Of a stretch of DNA of 64,000 nt, positions 21,299 through 32,534 are shown piece after piece (position 1 is the first letter of the stretch; the number at the start of each line of letters is the position of its first letter). The stretch spans positions 544,001 to 608,000 of the forward strand of contig BK006944.2 in the NCBI GenBank assembly GCA_000146045.2. The letters are read 5' to 3'. The stretch comes from TPA_inf: Saccharomyces. Taxonomy: Eukaryota. The position numbers and the translations under genes were made by a program. Under the pieces are notes generated by a model. That model made no database searches. It was not told the DNA's origin and worked only from the letters and a program-made list of their open reading frames with translations.

Positions 21299-21892
21299 TC
21301 ACAAAAATTCTTTGGCTTTCTTTGCGTAAGCGTGACAATCTCTTAACCATTGCTTATATTCCTTTAAGGAACCTATCTTTTCACCGTAATAATCTGGAAC
21401 AGGATTACTGAAACTTTGAGAAGAGGCATCGACCCTGTTATTGATGATATGTTTTAGAAACTCTTTATTTTTGTTGTTGAACTGTGCCAATTGTTGGTTA
21501 TGGGAAAGTTTGAAAACTTGCGAACCAACTATCGGACCCAACAAGTAGCCTAGTGCACCAGAGGCTATTATCCCAGCTGAAATTACAGTTAATGGGTCGA
21601 ATCCGAATAGCATTTGAGTCGGGTCTATTTCCATTGTGGAAAGGTAAGCCCATGAAACGTTACAGCCCAAAAGAGCAGTAAACAGCGAAGAACCAACATT
21701 GATTCTACGCTGCTGTTTCCTCAATTTGAAAAAATCAGACCATGTCAAGATACTGGAGTCTTGAAGGGATGCGGGCTGAGAATATGATCTTAAGGGTAAG
21801 GTTGTAGCAGTCGAGCGCAATGCCGCAGCGGTGACAGAAGGTTGACTAGCGAACAGTCTTTGCGATGACAATCTAATGGCACTGGTAAACAT
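21299..21892 (-). CDS. PAM17: Presequence translocase-associated motor subunit, 197 aa (YKR065C)
   Basis: MFTSAIRLSSQRLFASQPS... mitochondrial presequence followed by two predicted TM helices. Matches Pam17. Confidence 0.9.
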   Translation of the reverse strand: MFTSAIRLSSQRLFASQPSVTAAALRSTATTLPLRSYSQPASLQDSSILTWSDFFKLRKQQRRINVGSSLFTALLGCNVSWAYLSTMEIDPTQMLFGFDPLTVISAGIIASGALGYLLGPIVGSQVFKLSHNQQLAQFNNKNKEFLKHIINNRVDASSQSFSNPVPDYYGEKIGSLKEYKQWLRDCHAYAKKAKEFL

Positions 21893-22112
21893 TTTGAAGA
21901 GGCGGACAATGTTTTCTGAATGTTTTTAACACTTCTTTGAACATAGTTTCCCTTATGATATACCATTGTATGGCTTTCCATTTTTCATAGACGTACCGTA
22001 CAAACGTATTAGATGATATTCAGAAAAAAGCATAAGCCTAAATAATAATAAATATAATAAATAGATAAATAATACGAAATATAACCAATAAATAATATCT
22101 TTCCTCAGTGAC

Positions 22113-23243
<1,131 letters not shown>

Positions 23244-23326
23244 TCATGTTCTTGAGTTAGCGAGCGTGTACAATAGTCTCTGCTTAAGTACTTTTCGCTC
23301 CAGGGTCCTTTCCTAAATTGGTAACA

Positions 23327-23342
23327 GCCGGCTTGGGCCGGC
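23327..23342. promoter_or_regulatory. GC-rich palindrome GCCGGC-ttgg-GCCGGC (contains GGCCGGC) about 130 bp upstream of the CCP1 ATG
   Basis: aGCCGGCttggGCCGGCc. CCGGC at 23328..23332 is the inverted repeat of GCCGG at 23337..23341. GGCCGGC matches the Skn7 OSRE-type site as I recall it. Confidence 0.4.
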
Positions 23343-23917
23343 CCCTGGATGCCAAGAGAGTCATATTACTCAGTACTCAGGACCAAATAACTCATCGCTG
23401 TCGTTGGTAAAGAAAACTACAAATCTGGGCCTGACCATGGTTTACGAAATTCCTGACAAAGCAGGATATTCTTTGGCTTTGGAATTTCCATTGGCGAGAT
23501 CTAGCTGCGGGAGAAATCATCCCGACATTATGTAAGCTACATAGGTCGCTGAAGTGTAGTCGCCACACGGCAGCGCTAAATGATAACTAGTAATTGGTGT
23601 GGAGCGACCACATTTTCGCATCGATCCAAGCTCGTCTTTTGGCTTTCTTGGCTATTCTTACTAGTTATATTGAATTATTACAGCTCTTGCTGGAACACCA
23701 GTAACCCGCCGTTGCTCCGCATTTTCGAAGTAAATGGCTCACTTTGATTGTAAGGTTGAGAGGAGTAATAAAGAGGGGAGAGAAAAGAGGAGAGACCCTG
23801 AAGAAGTGGCAGCTTGAGTATAAGATAGTGTCTTTTCGTGCTTCGTCGCTAGAGCAAAATTCTACTTTCACATCTAATAAAGCCGATTAATCGATCAGTT
23901 ATTGCTCCCTTTCCTTT

Positions 23918-26149
23918 ATGTCTGCTCCCGCTGCCGATCATAACGCTGCCAAACCTATTCCTCATGTACCTCAAGCGTCCCGACGGTACAAAAATTCATA
24001 CAATGGATTCGTATACAATATACATACATGGCTGTATGATGTGTCTGTATTTCTGTTTAATATTTTGTTCACTATTTTCTTCAGAGAAATTAAGGTACGT
24101 GGTGCATATAACGTTCCCGAAGTTGGGGTGCCAACCATCCTTGTGTGTGCCCCTCATGCAAATCAGTTCATCGACCCGGCTTTGGTAATGTCGCAAACCC
24201 GTTTGCTGAAGACATCAGCGGGAAAGTCCCGATCCAGAATGCCTTGTTTTGTTACTGCTGAGTCGAGTTTTAAGAAAAGATTTATCTCTTTCTTTGGTCA
24301 CGCAATGGGCGGTATTCCCGTGCCTAGAATTCAGGACAACTTGAAGCCAGTGGATGAGAATCTTGAGATTTACGCTCCGGACTTGAAGAACCACCCGGAA
24401 ATCATCAAGGGCCGCTCCAAGAACCCACAGACTACACCAGTGAACTTTACGAAAAGGTTTTCTGCCAAGTCCTTGCTTGGATTGCCCGACTACTTAAGTA
24501 ATGCTCAAATCAAGGAAATCCCGGATGATGAAACGATAATCTTGTCCTCTCCATTCAGAACATCGAAATCAAAAGTGGTGGAGCTCTTGACTAATGGTAC
24601 TAATTTTAAATATGCAGAGAAAATCGACAATACGGAAACTTTCCAGAGTGTTTTTGATCACTTGCATACGAAGGGCTGTGTAGGTATTTTCCCCGAGGGT
24701 GGTTCTCATGACCGTCCTTCGTTACTACCCATCAAGGCAGGTGTTGCCATTATGGCTCTGGGCGCAGTAGCCGCTGATCCTACCATGAAAGTTGCTGTTG
24801 TACCCTGTGGTTTGCATTATTTCCACAGAAATAAATTCAGATCTAGAGCTGTTTTAGAATACGGCGAACCTATAGTGGTGGATGGGAAATATGGCGAAAT
24901 GTATAAGGACTCCCCACGTGAGACCGTTTCCAAACTACTAAAAAAGATCACCAATTCTTTGTTTTCTGTTACCGAAAATGCTCCAGATTACGATACTTTG
25001 ATGGTCATTCAGGCTGCCAGAAGACTATATCAACCGGTAAAAGTCAGGCTACCTTTGCCTGCCATTGTAGAAATCAACAGAAGGTTACTTTTCGGTTATT
25101 CCAAGTTTAAAGATGATCCAAGAATTATTCACTTAAAAAAACTGGTATATGACTACAACAGGAAATTAGATTCAGTGGGTTTAAAAGACCATCAGGTGAT
25201 GCAATTAAAAACTACCAAATTAGAAGCATTGAGGTGCTTTGTAACTTTGATCGTTCGATTGATTAAATTTTCTGTCTTTGCTATACTATCGTTACCGGGT
25301 TCTATTCTCTTCACTCCAATTTTCATTATTTGTCGCGTATACTCAGAAAAGAAGGCCAAAGAGGGTTTAAAGAAATCATTGGTTAAAATTAAGGGTACCG
25401 ATTTGTTGGCCACATGGAAACTTATCGTGGCGTTAATATTGGCACCAATTTTATACGTTACTTACTCGATCTTGTTGATTATTTTGGCAAGAAAACAACA
25501 CTATTGTCGCATCTGGGTTCCTTCCAATAACGCATTCATACAATTTGTCTATTTTTATGCGTTATTGGTTTTCACCACGTATTCCTCTTTAAAGACCGGT
25601 GAAATCGGTGTTGACCTTTTCAAATCTTTAAGACCACTTTTTGTTTCTATTGTTTACCCCGGTAAGAAGATCGAAGAAATCCAAACAACAAGAAAGAATT
25701 TAAGTCTAGAGTTGACTGCTGTTTGTAACGATTTAGGACCTTTGGTTTTCCCTGATTACGATAAATTAGCGACTGAGATATTCTCTAAGAGAGACGGTTA
25801 TGATGTCTCTTCTGATGCAGAGTCTTCTATAAGTCGTATGAGTGTACAATCTAGAAGCCGCTCTTCTTCTATACATTCTATTGGCTCGCTAGCTTCTAAC
25901 GCCCTATCAAGAGTGAATTCAAGAGGCTCGTTGACCGATATTCCAATTTTTTCTGATGCAAAGCAAGGTCAATGGAAAAGTGAAGGTGAAACTAGTGAGG
26001 ATGAGGATGAATTTGATGAGAAAAATCCTGCCATAGTACAAACCGCACGAAGTTCTGATCTAAATAAGGAAAACAGTCGCAACACAAATATATCTTCGAA
26101 GATTGCTTCGCTGGTAAGACAGAAAAGAGAACACGAAAAGAAAGAATGA
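23918..26149 (+). CDS. GPT2: Glycerol-3-phosphate / DHAP sn-1 acyltransferase, 743 aa (YKR067W)
   Basis: Acyltransferase motif I (VCAPHANQFIDP) and FPEGGSHDRP motif III. Predicted C-terminal TM helices and Ser-rich tail. Confidence 0.9.
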   Translation: MSAPAADHNAAKPIPHVPQASRRYKNSYNGFVYNIHTWLYDVSVFLFNILFTIFFREIKVRGAYNVPEVGVPTILVCAPHANQFIDPALVMSQTRLLKTSAGKSRSRMPCFVTAESSFKKRFISFFGHAMGGIPVPRIQDNLKPVDENLEIYAPDLKNHPEIIKGRSKNPQTTPVNFTKRFSAKSLLGLPDYLSNAQIKEIPDDETIILSSPFRTSKSKVVELLTNGTNFKYAEKIDNTETFQSVFDHLHTKGCVGIFPEGGSHDRPSLLPIKAGVAIMALGAVAADPTMKVAVVPCGLHYFHRNKFRSRAVLEYGEPIVVDGKYGEMYKDSPRETVSKLLKKITNSLFSVTENAPDYDTLMVIQAARRLYQPVKVRLPLPAIVEINRRLLFGYSKFKDDPRIIHLKKLVYDYNRKLDSVGLKDHQVMQLKTTKLEALRCFVTLIVRLIKFSVFAILSLPGSILFTPIFIICRVYSEKKAKEGLKKSLVKIKGTDLLATWKLIVALILAPILYVTYSILLIILARKQHYCRIWVPSNNAFIQFVYFYALLVFTTYSSLKTGEIGVDLFKSLRPLFVSIVYPGKKIEEIQTTRKNLSLELTAVCNDLGPLVFPDYDKLATEIFSKRDGYDVSSDAESSISRMSVQSRSRSSSIHSIGSLASNALSRVNSRGSLTDIPIFSDAKQGQWKSEGETSEDEDEFDEKNPAIVQTARSSDLNKENSRNTNISSKIASLVRQKREHEKKE

Positions 26150-26327
26150 TCAAAAAATAGAAAAATAAAAAAAAAAGCATTTGACAATGTTTGTAAATAA
26201 TATAATATGAAAGTAACTACTGAACAAAAACATTAAGGATAACATTTCTACGTAGGAAAATAATGTATACCTAAATAACGACACCAATAATAACAAAAAT
26301 CACGAAAAAAAAAAGCTTACATGTCCA

Positions 26328-26909
26328 CTAATCTTCGCCGATCGGTATTTCGTCTTTTAAAATTCTATTTAACTTAACCTTGATCTCCGTCTGAGAGTCT
26401 CCTCTCAAGATATCCGACACAAACCAGACATCACAATCCAGCTGCACCATTTCAAGTGACCCTTTCAAAACACCACACAATATATTGGAATACCAGAGCG
26501 ATTTCATAGCGTCCATGGGTAACTCCACAAAGTCAGCCAATGGGTTTTCATCCAAAATCAATGAAAAAGTATCCTTGTTATGCGACCAGTTCGTTATGTT
26601 GGGTGTGATGTTTAAAAATATTTTGAATGCACACTTACTTAGTACTTCGCTTGTCTTCACTAAATTCTCACAGCGTGGCAATGCCGTTCTAGCCAAGAAA
26701 TCCTCAATAAGTCTACACCCAATATTATATCCCATGCTATACAAATGATCATTCACTTTGTTAAAGTCCCGTTCATAATCTTGGCACAATTGTGCCACTA
26801 TGGACCCATATGTTAGCGTAAATAATTCTGTATTAATTTTTTCTGTTTTATTTTTCCAGATCTCTTCTCCCATGGCCTTCAAAGACCTCGATTGCGTGGT
26901 AGAAACCAT
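26328..26909 (-). CDS. BET3: TRAPP complex core subunit, 193 aa (YKR068C)
   Basis: MVSTTQSRSLKAMGEEIWKNKTEKINTELFTLTYGSIVAQLCQDYE... First real ATG at complement 26907..26909; track start is TTG. Confidence 0.9.
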   Translation of the reverse strand: MVSTTQSRSLKAMGEEIWKNKTEKINTELFTLTYGSIVAQLCQDYERDFNKVNDHLYSMGYNIGCRLIEDFLARTALPRCENLVKTSEVLSKCAFKIFLNITPNITNWSHNKDTFSLILDENPLADFVELPMDAMKSLWYSNILCGVLKGSLEMVQLDCDVWFVSDILRGDSQTEIKVKLNRILKDEIPIGED

Positions 26910-27343
26910 TTTTGACCCAGTTTTGGTTATCAATGAACACTTGAAGCTTTACTCTGCATTCCCATCTCTATAGCTATGGGTAATCACAGCTACGATCACT
27001 TACTCTGTTATTATTATATTAAGTTCAATGTTGGCCAAACCGGGTAACATGTAACACTTTCAGGTTGGCCTTACCTTTGGCTTGGAGTTTCGCAAGTTTT
27101 CAAATTTTTGGCTCCTGCTGTCAAGGTGCATAGAATAGCGCTTATTTATCTATTTATATCCAAGATGTACAATCCTCGTTCTCTGAGTCCAACATATTTG
27201 CTCGCAACTGTAGAAATCACAACTACAGCAACAGTAAAGATATCATTTTCTATTTTCGTTATTGGTTTCTCGACCTTTTTATATACGATACGTCAAACTT
27301 GAATCATTTTATACGTTTTTCTCTTTCTAGAAATGCCATTATG

Positions 27344-27365
27344 CACGTGACATTACAAATTGTGG
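27344..27365. promoter_or_regulatory. Cbf1 E-box CACGTGA plus Met31/Met32-like AAATTGTGG in the MET1 promoter
   Basis: gCACGTGAcattacAAATTGTGGtg about 250-265 bp upstream of the MET1 ATG. CACGTG is at 27344..27349. AAATTGTGG at 27357..27365 is one mismatch from AAACTGTGG. Confidence 0.55.
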
Positions 27366-27611
27366 TGAAAAAAGGCTCTCATAATAAACTGTGAACGGAC
27401 TCATAATGAAATTTGCTTCACTATGTGAATCATCGCTAATAAACTCGCTACAAAAGTCGAGTATGCTTAAGTCAAAAAAATGATATATATATATAATTTA
27501 CTTATGTGTTTCTGCAAAGTTGTAGGCTTCATTTAGAATTGCTCAGATATTCCATCCCAATTAAAAAAAGCACGGATAGAGTGATAAATAAACTAAGAAA
27601 ATTTCAAAAGA

Positions 27612-29393
27612 ATGGTACGAGACTTAGTGACATTGCCTTCATCACTGCCCTTGATTACTGCTGGTTTTGCTACTGATCAGGTTCATTTGCTTATTGGTAC
27701 AGGGTCCACGGACTCAGTAAGCGTTTGTAAGAATAGAATCCACTCCATTTTGAATGCTGGTGGTAATCCCATAGTAGTGAATCCCTCGTCACCAAGCCAT
27801 ACTAAACAATTACAATTGGAATTTGGTAAGTTTGCAAAGTTCGAAATAGTAGAAAGGGAGTTTAGGTTATCTGATTTAACTACTTTGGGGAGAGTTCTGG
27901 TATGCAAGGTAGTGGATAGAGTATTCGTAGATCTACCCATAACACAAAGTCGCCTATGCGAGGAGATCTTTTGGCAATGCCAAAAACTGAGAATTCCCAT
28001 AAATACATTCCACAAACCAGAGTTTTCTACCTTCAATATGATTCCTACGTGGGTCGACCCAAAAGGAAGTGGTTTACAAATCTCAGTTACTACGAATGGG
28101 AATGGATACATCTTGGCAAACAGGATAAAAAGAGATATAATATCACACTTACCTCCAAACATATCTGAGGTGGTGATAAACATGGGGTATTTGAAAGACC
28201 GTATTATAAACGAAGACCATAAGGCCTTGTTAGAGGAAAAGTACTACCAGACTGACATGTCATTACCTGGATTTGGCTACGGCTTAGATGAGGACGGTTG
28301 GGAGAGCCATAAGTTTAATAAGCTAATTCGTGAATTTGAAATGACCAGTAGAGAACAGAGACTTAAGAGAACCAGATGGTTATCTCAGATAATGGAGTAT
28401 TACCCGATGAACAAGCTGAGTGACATCAAGTTGGAAGATTTCGAGACTTCATCTTCTCCAAATAAAAAGACAAAGCAGGAAACTGTCACAGAGGGTGTAG
28501 TACCTCCTACCGATGAAAATATTGAAAACGGTACAAAACAACTACAATTATCGGAAGTGAAAAAAGAGGAGGGACCTAAAAAACTAGGGAAGATTTCTTT
28601 AGTCGGAAGTGGTCCAGGCTCGGTATCTATGCTAACGATAGGTGCATTACAAGAAATAAAGTCTGCAGATATAATACTGGCAGATAAACTGGTACCGCAA
28701 GCCATTTTAGATTTAATACCTCCAAAAACTGAAACCTTCATAGCCAAAAAATTTCCCGGTAATGCAGAACGAGCACAACAGGAATTACTAGCTAAAGGTT
28801 TAGAATCGTTGGATAATGGATTGAAAGTAGTCCGTTTGAAGCAAGGTGATCCGTATATTTTTGGCCGTGGTGGCGAGGAATTTAATTTCTTCAAAGATCA
28901 CGGATATATTCCTGTGGTTTTACCGGGCATAAGCTCATCCCTAGCTTGTACTGTATTGGCTCAGATACCCGCTACTCAACGTGATATAGCAGACCAAGTG
29001 CTCATATGTACTGGGACTGGGAGAAAGGGCGCTCTGCCTATAATTCCTGAATTTGTTGAAAGCAGAACCACCGTCTTTCTAATGGCACTGCATCGCGCCA
29101 ACGTTCTGATCACGGGATTATTGAAGCATGGCTGGGATGGTGATGTCCCCGCTGCAATTGTCGAGAGAGGATCGTGCCCTGACCAGCGTGTTACTAGAAC
29201 TCTTCTTAAATGGGTACCAGAAGTCGTGGAGGAGATTGGTTCAAGGCCCCCCGGTGTCTTGGTTGTAGGCAAGGCTGTGAATGCATTGGTTGAAAAAGAT
29301 CTGATAAATTTTGACGAATCAAGAAAATTTGTCATTGATGAAGGTTTTAGAGAATTTGAGGTTGATGTAGATAGTCTATTTAAGTTATACTAA
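27612..29393 (+). CDS. MET1: Uroporphyrinogen-III C-methyltransferase (sirohaem synthesis), 593 aa (YKR069W)
   Basis: C-terminal half has CobA/SUMT motifs (ISLVGSGPGSVSMLTIGALQ; VVRLKQGDPYIFGRGGEE). N-terminal half has a degenerate Rossmann-like GTGS motif. Confidence 0.9.
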   Translation: MVRDLVTLPSSLPLITAGFATDQVHLLIGTGSTDSVSVCKNRIHSILNAGGNPIVVNPSSPSHTKQLQLEFGKFAKFEIVEREFRLSDLTTLGRVLVCKVVDRVFVDLPITQSRLCEEIFWQCQKLRIPINTFHKPEFSTFNMIPTWVDPKGSGLQISVTTNGNGYILANRIKRDIISHLPPNISEVVINMGYLKDRIINEDHKALLEEKYYQTDMSLPGFGYGLDEDGWESHKFNKLIREFEMTSREQRLKRTRWLSQIMEYYPMNKLSDIKLEDFETSSSPNKKTKQETVTEGVVPPTDENIENGTKQLQLSEVKKEEGPKKLGKISLVGSGPGSVSMLTIGALQEIKSADIILADKLVPQAILDLIPPKTETFIAKKFPGNAERAQQELLAKGLESLDNGLKVVRLKQGDPYIFGRGGEEFNFFKDHGYIPVVLPGISSSLACTVLAQIPATQRDIADQVLICTGTGRKGALPIIPEFVESRTTVFLMALHRANVLITGLLKHGWDGDVPAAIVERGSCPDQRVTRTLLKWVPEVVEEIGSRPPGVLVVGKAVNALVEKDLINFDESRKFVIDEGFREFEVDVDSLFKLY

Positions 29394-29573
29394 TATGTAT
29401 ATAAAGACAAGATATCATTCAAACGCTGACGTTAAAGTTTTAAGGTTAATCGTGTATGCATTATGTTCTAGATTCATCAACACTGGATATTGAGCAAAAA
29501 GGACGTATCCGAGGCCCGAAAAGGTCCTTCAACCAAGTCGTCAAAATATTGGCAAGCCAAAAGAGCAGCGAGA

Positions 29574-30632
29574 ATGATTGGCAAACGGTTTTTCCAAACA
29601 ACAAGTAAAAAGATTGCTTTTGCATTCGATATTGATGGTGTGTTGTTCAGGGGCAAAAAGCCAATTGCTGGTGCCAGCGACGCATTGAAGCTGTTGAACC
29701 GAAATAAAATTCCATATATTTTACTCACTAATGGTGGAGGGTTCTCTGAAAGGGCACGGACAGAGTTTATCTCGAGTAAATTGGACGTTGATGTATCACC
29801 CTTGCAAATTATTCAAAGTCATACTCCTTACAAGTCCCTTGTTAACAAATATTCAAGGATCTTGGCCGTTGGTACACCTTCCGTGAGAGGCGTTGCAGAA
29901 GGCTACGGATTTCAAGATGTTGTTCACCAAACGGATATTGTAAGATACAATAGGGACATTGCACCATTTAGTGGGCTATCTGATGAACAAGTGATGGAGT
30001 ACTCAAGGGATATTCCAGATTTAACCACTAAGAAATTCGATGCCGTCTTGGTATTTAACGATCCTCATGATTGGGCTGCCGATATACAAATCATCTCAGA
30101 TGCAATCAACAGCGAAAATGGGATGTTAAATACCTTGAGAAACGAAAAGAGTGGCAAACCTTCCATCCCCATTTACTTTTCGAACCAGGATTTACTGTGG
30201 GCCAATCCTTATAAATTGAATAGATTTGGACAAGGTGCCTTCCGCTTACTAGTTAGAAGGCTTTATCTCGAGTTAAATGGTGAACCCTTGCAAGATTATA
30301 CTTTGGGTAAGCCTACAAAGTTGACTTATGATTTCGCTCATCATGTTCTCATTGATTGGGAAAAAAGACTAAGCGGGAAAATAGGCCAATCTGTGAAGCA
30401 AAAACTGCCACTCTTAGGCACGAAACCTTCAACTTCTCCATTCCATGCGGTTTTTATGGTAGGTGATAATCCTGCAAGTGACATCATTGGAGCTCAAAAT
30501 TACGGTTGGAACAGTTGTTTGGTGAAGACAGGTGTGTATAACGAAGGTGATGACTTAAAGGAATGTAAGCCTACCTTGATCGTGAATGATGTATTTGATG
30601 CGGTTACTAAAACGTTAGAAAAGTACGCATGA
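29574..30632 (+). CDS. HAD-superfamily (Cof/CECR5-like) putative phosphatase with short N-terminal presequence, 352 aa (YKR070W)
   Basis: HAD motif I FAFDIDGVLFRG shortly after MIGKRFFQTTSKK. Motif IV VGDNPASDI. First real ATG at 29574; track start is TTG. Confidence 0.75.
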   Translation: MIGKRFFQTTSKKIAFAFDIDGVLFRGKKPIAGASDALKLLNRNKIPYILLTNGGGFSERARTEFISSKLDVDVSPLQIIQSHTPYKSLVNKYSRILAVGTPSVRGVAEGYGFQDVVHQTDIVRYNRDIAPFSGLSDEQVMEYSRDIPDLTTKKFDAVLVFNDPHDWAADIQIISDAINSENGMLNTLRNEKSGKPSIPIYFSNQDLLWANPYKLNRFGQGAFRLLVRRLYLELNGEPLQDYTLGKPTKLTYDFAHHVLIDWEKRLSGKIGQSVKQKLPLLGTKPSTSPFHAVFMVGDNPASDIIGAQNYGWNSCLVKTGVYNEGDDLKECKPTLIVNDVFDAVTKTLEKYA

Positions 30633-30933
30633 AAGACTACTATGGAATATCTTTTCCTGCCTTTGAGCTGTACTGTTATGATAGATTTATTAATAGCTTA
30701 AACGCTTTTACAAAATATATGCAATATACATAACGGGTTAAATAATGGGTTGGGAAATTGGTAATCACGGTATAATGAGTACCTGTTTTCTTCTATTTAA
30801 AAAAATAAAAACTACCAACTCTTTTTGGTAAAATTAGTAACCTACCAAAGTCAATCGATCAATGCATCTAAAAAAATTCACCTTCACCAAAGTAGACCAA
30901 TTGACGTCATTTACTGAAACGAATGTGCAGGGT

Positions 30934-31980
30934 TTACAAGTCATCTGAAATGCTGTCCAAATTGATAGGTTGACCAGGCTTGAAAGCAGGAAGACCCAAG
31001 TAGGGACAACCACTACATCTAAAGGCATCCCCTAGAGAACAAGAACCACAGCCGCCAACTTTCTTCCCATCGATAGTGAAATCAATCTCGGTCAACTCGT
31101 CTTCTGTAAATTTGACAACTTTATCTTGTTGAGATCTTATATCGTTTATTTCATTTTCTTCCTGTTCTTTCATACCACAGGTGCAATCTTTACAAGCCTT
31201 CTTCTTCTTAGTTTTGGATTTACCGCATGTAATCATAGTAATCATTGACTTACCAGAACCATCCTCGTCGATTAATTCTTCTTCTTCAATGGAATCATCG
31301 CTGGTATCCACTTGATCAAAATATTGGGCTTTGGAAGAGTCACTAGAGAAATCATCATCATCGCTATCCTCAATCAGGTCGTCTACGACTCGGTAGACTT
31401 TTGGTTCAGTGGTCATTTTGAAACTAGGTGGTTTGAAGCTGTCTGTTTCCTTAACTATAGGTTGCCTACTGTGATCTGCTTTTTTGAATGAGGGTAAATT
31501 AGAGGTTGAAGAACTAGCTTTTTTAAAAGTTGGTAGCTTACTACCACTCTGTAGCTTAGTATTGTTCGTTTTCTTTTTTTTCAGTGGTATAGAAACAGTT
31601 TGGTTTAGTTTAGAGGAATCCATTTTAATCCAGCAATAATCTGGTTCGTTAATTATTTCAAACCCATTGATTAATGCATCTACTTTATAAATATCACTTA
31701 AACCAATTAGTGAGCCGTTTGGTTTCAATGAGTCAGCTAAGACAGAAATTAACTTTTTCGGAAACTTAATATCAGTCTGGGCTTCTGGCGTCAAATAGTG
31801 TACTGTTTCATATTTTGCGTTTTCCAAAGTTATGGACCCATCATTTAGTTTATTGATTAAAAACTGGTCCACGAACTTGACTTTCTTTGATGCAGCTTGA
31901 GCCTTAGTGTTCTCTACTAGCTCTGGCGTTGTAGTCACCGCCGGATGTATTAAAAGTAAACCAGTTTTGTATTGTGACAT
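30934..31980 (-). CDS. DRE2: Anamorsin / CIAPIN1-family Fe-S cluster assembly protein, 348 aa (YKR071C)
   Basis: C-terminal CIAPIN1 cysteine motifs (CKDCTCG ... [23 protein letters not shown]). First real ATG at complement 31978..31980. Confidence 0.9.
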   Translation of the reverse strand: MSQYKTGLLLIHPAVTTTPELVENTKAQAASKKVKFVDQFLINKLNDGSITLENAKYETVHYLTPEAQTDIKFPKKLISVLADSLKPNGSLIGLSDIYKVDALINGFEIINEPDYCWIKMDSSKLNQTVSIPLKKKKTNNTKLQSGSKLPTFKKASSSTSNLPSFKKADHSRQPIVKETDSFKPPSFKMTTEPKVYRVVDDLIEDSDDDDFSSDSSKAQYFDQVDTSDDSIEEEELIDEDGSGKSMITMITCGKSKTKKKKACKDCTCGMKEQEENEINDIRSQQDKVVKFTEDELTEIDFTIDGKKVGGCGSCSLGDAFRCSGCPYLGLPAFKPGQPINLDSISDDL

Positions 31981-32434
31981 CGATACCTTCACTTACAGTG
32001 TATATGCTTAGATCAAATGTGATGAAAGACTTCTGCTTAGAATACCTTTTTAATATGTCATGAAATTAAATGATTACTAATCATTTCTTTTTTTTATTTT
32101 TTTTTTCCAGAAGCTTTTGAATAGTATCGGACTTATTCCGGTACCGGGATATGTCAAAAAAAGAAAAATGAGAAACGAATAGATATTTACCCAGAAAGTA
32201 ATGAATGTATTTAATGAATTACTGAATTATTAAAATTAGTAATAAATAGCGGTTTATATGAAGAGCTCTATGTACGCTAGTATGGCATTACATACCTACT
32301 GCAAGTAAAAAAGGAAAAAAATTTGTGACATTTTGTAAATATGCTGCGTGAATTTGCCTAATGAGTATTTTTCCAGAAATTACAAAACACAAATAAGTAG
32401 AATGTGTTTAGTGTATTTGTAATTCATAGACTAT

Positions 32435-32492
32435 TTATTGATGCTTATCTATTATACCTGGGGTTTCTGCTTCGTCCTCGTCCTCGTCATCA

Positions 32493-32534
<42 letters not shown>

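Noticed and set aside
23391-23398. PAC motif matches CTCATCGC in the CCP1/GPT2 intergenic region and GCGATGAG overlapping the TFA2 start codon (15663..15670)
   Set aside because: Neither gene is a ribosome-biogenesis gene, there is no RRPE partner, and about two random PAC 8-mers are expected in this window.
27683-28183. 166-aa antisense ORF inside MET1, and similar antisense or overlapping ORFs of 60-160 aa inside TIF1 (11086..11451), TFA2 (16214..16609), LAS1 (16943..17374), PRP16 (57845..58288), MET1 (28400..28894) and others
   Set aside because: Each is fully embedded in a strongly supported conserved gene on the opposite strand and has no recognisable domain. They are typical spurious yeast ORFs.
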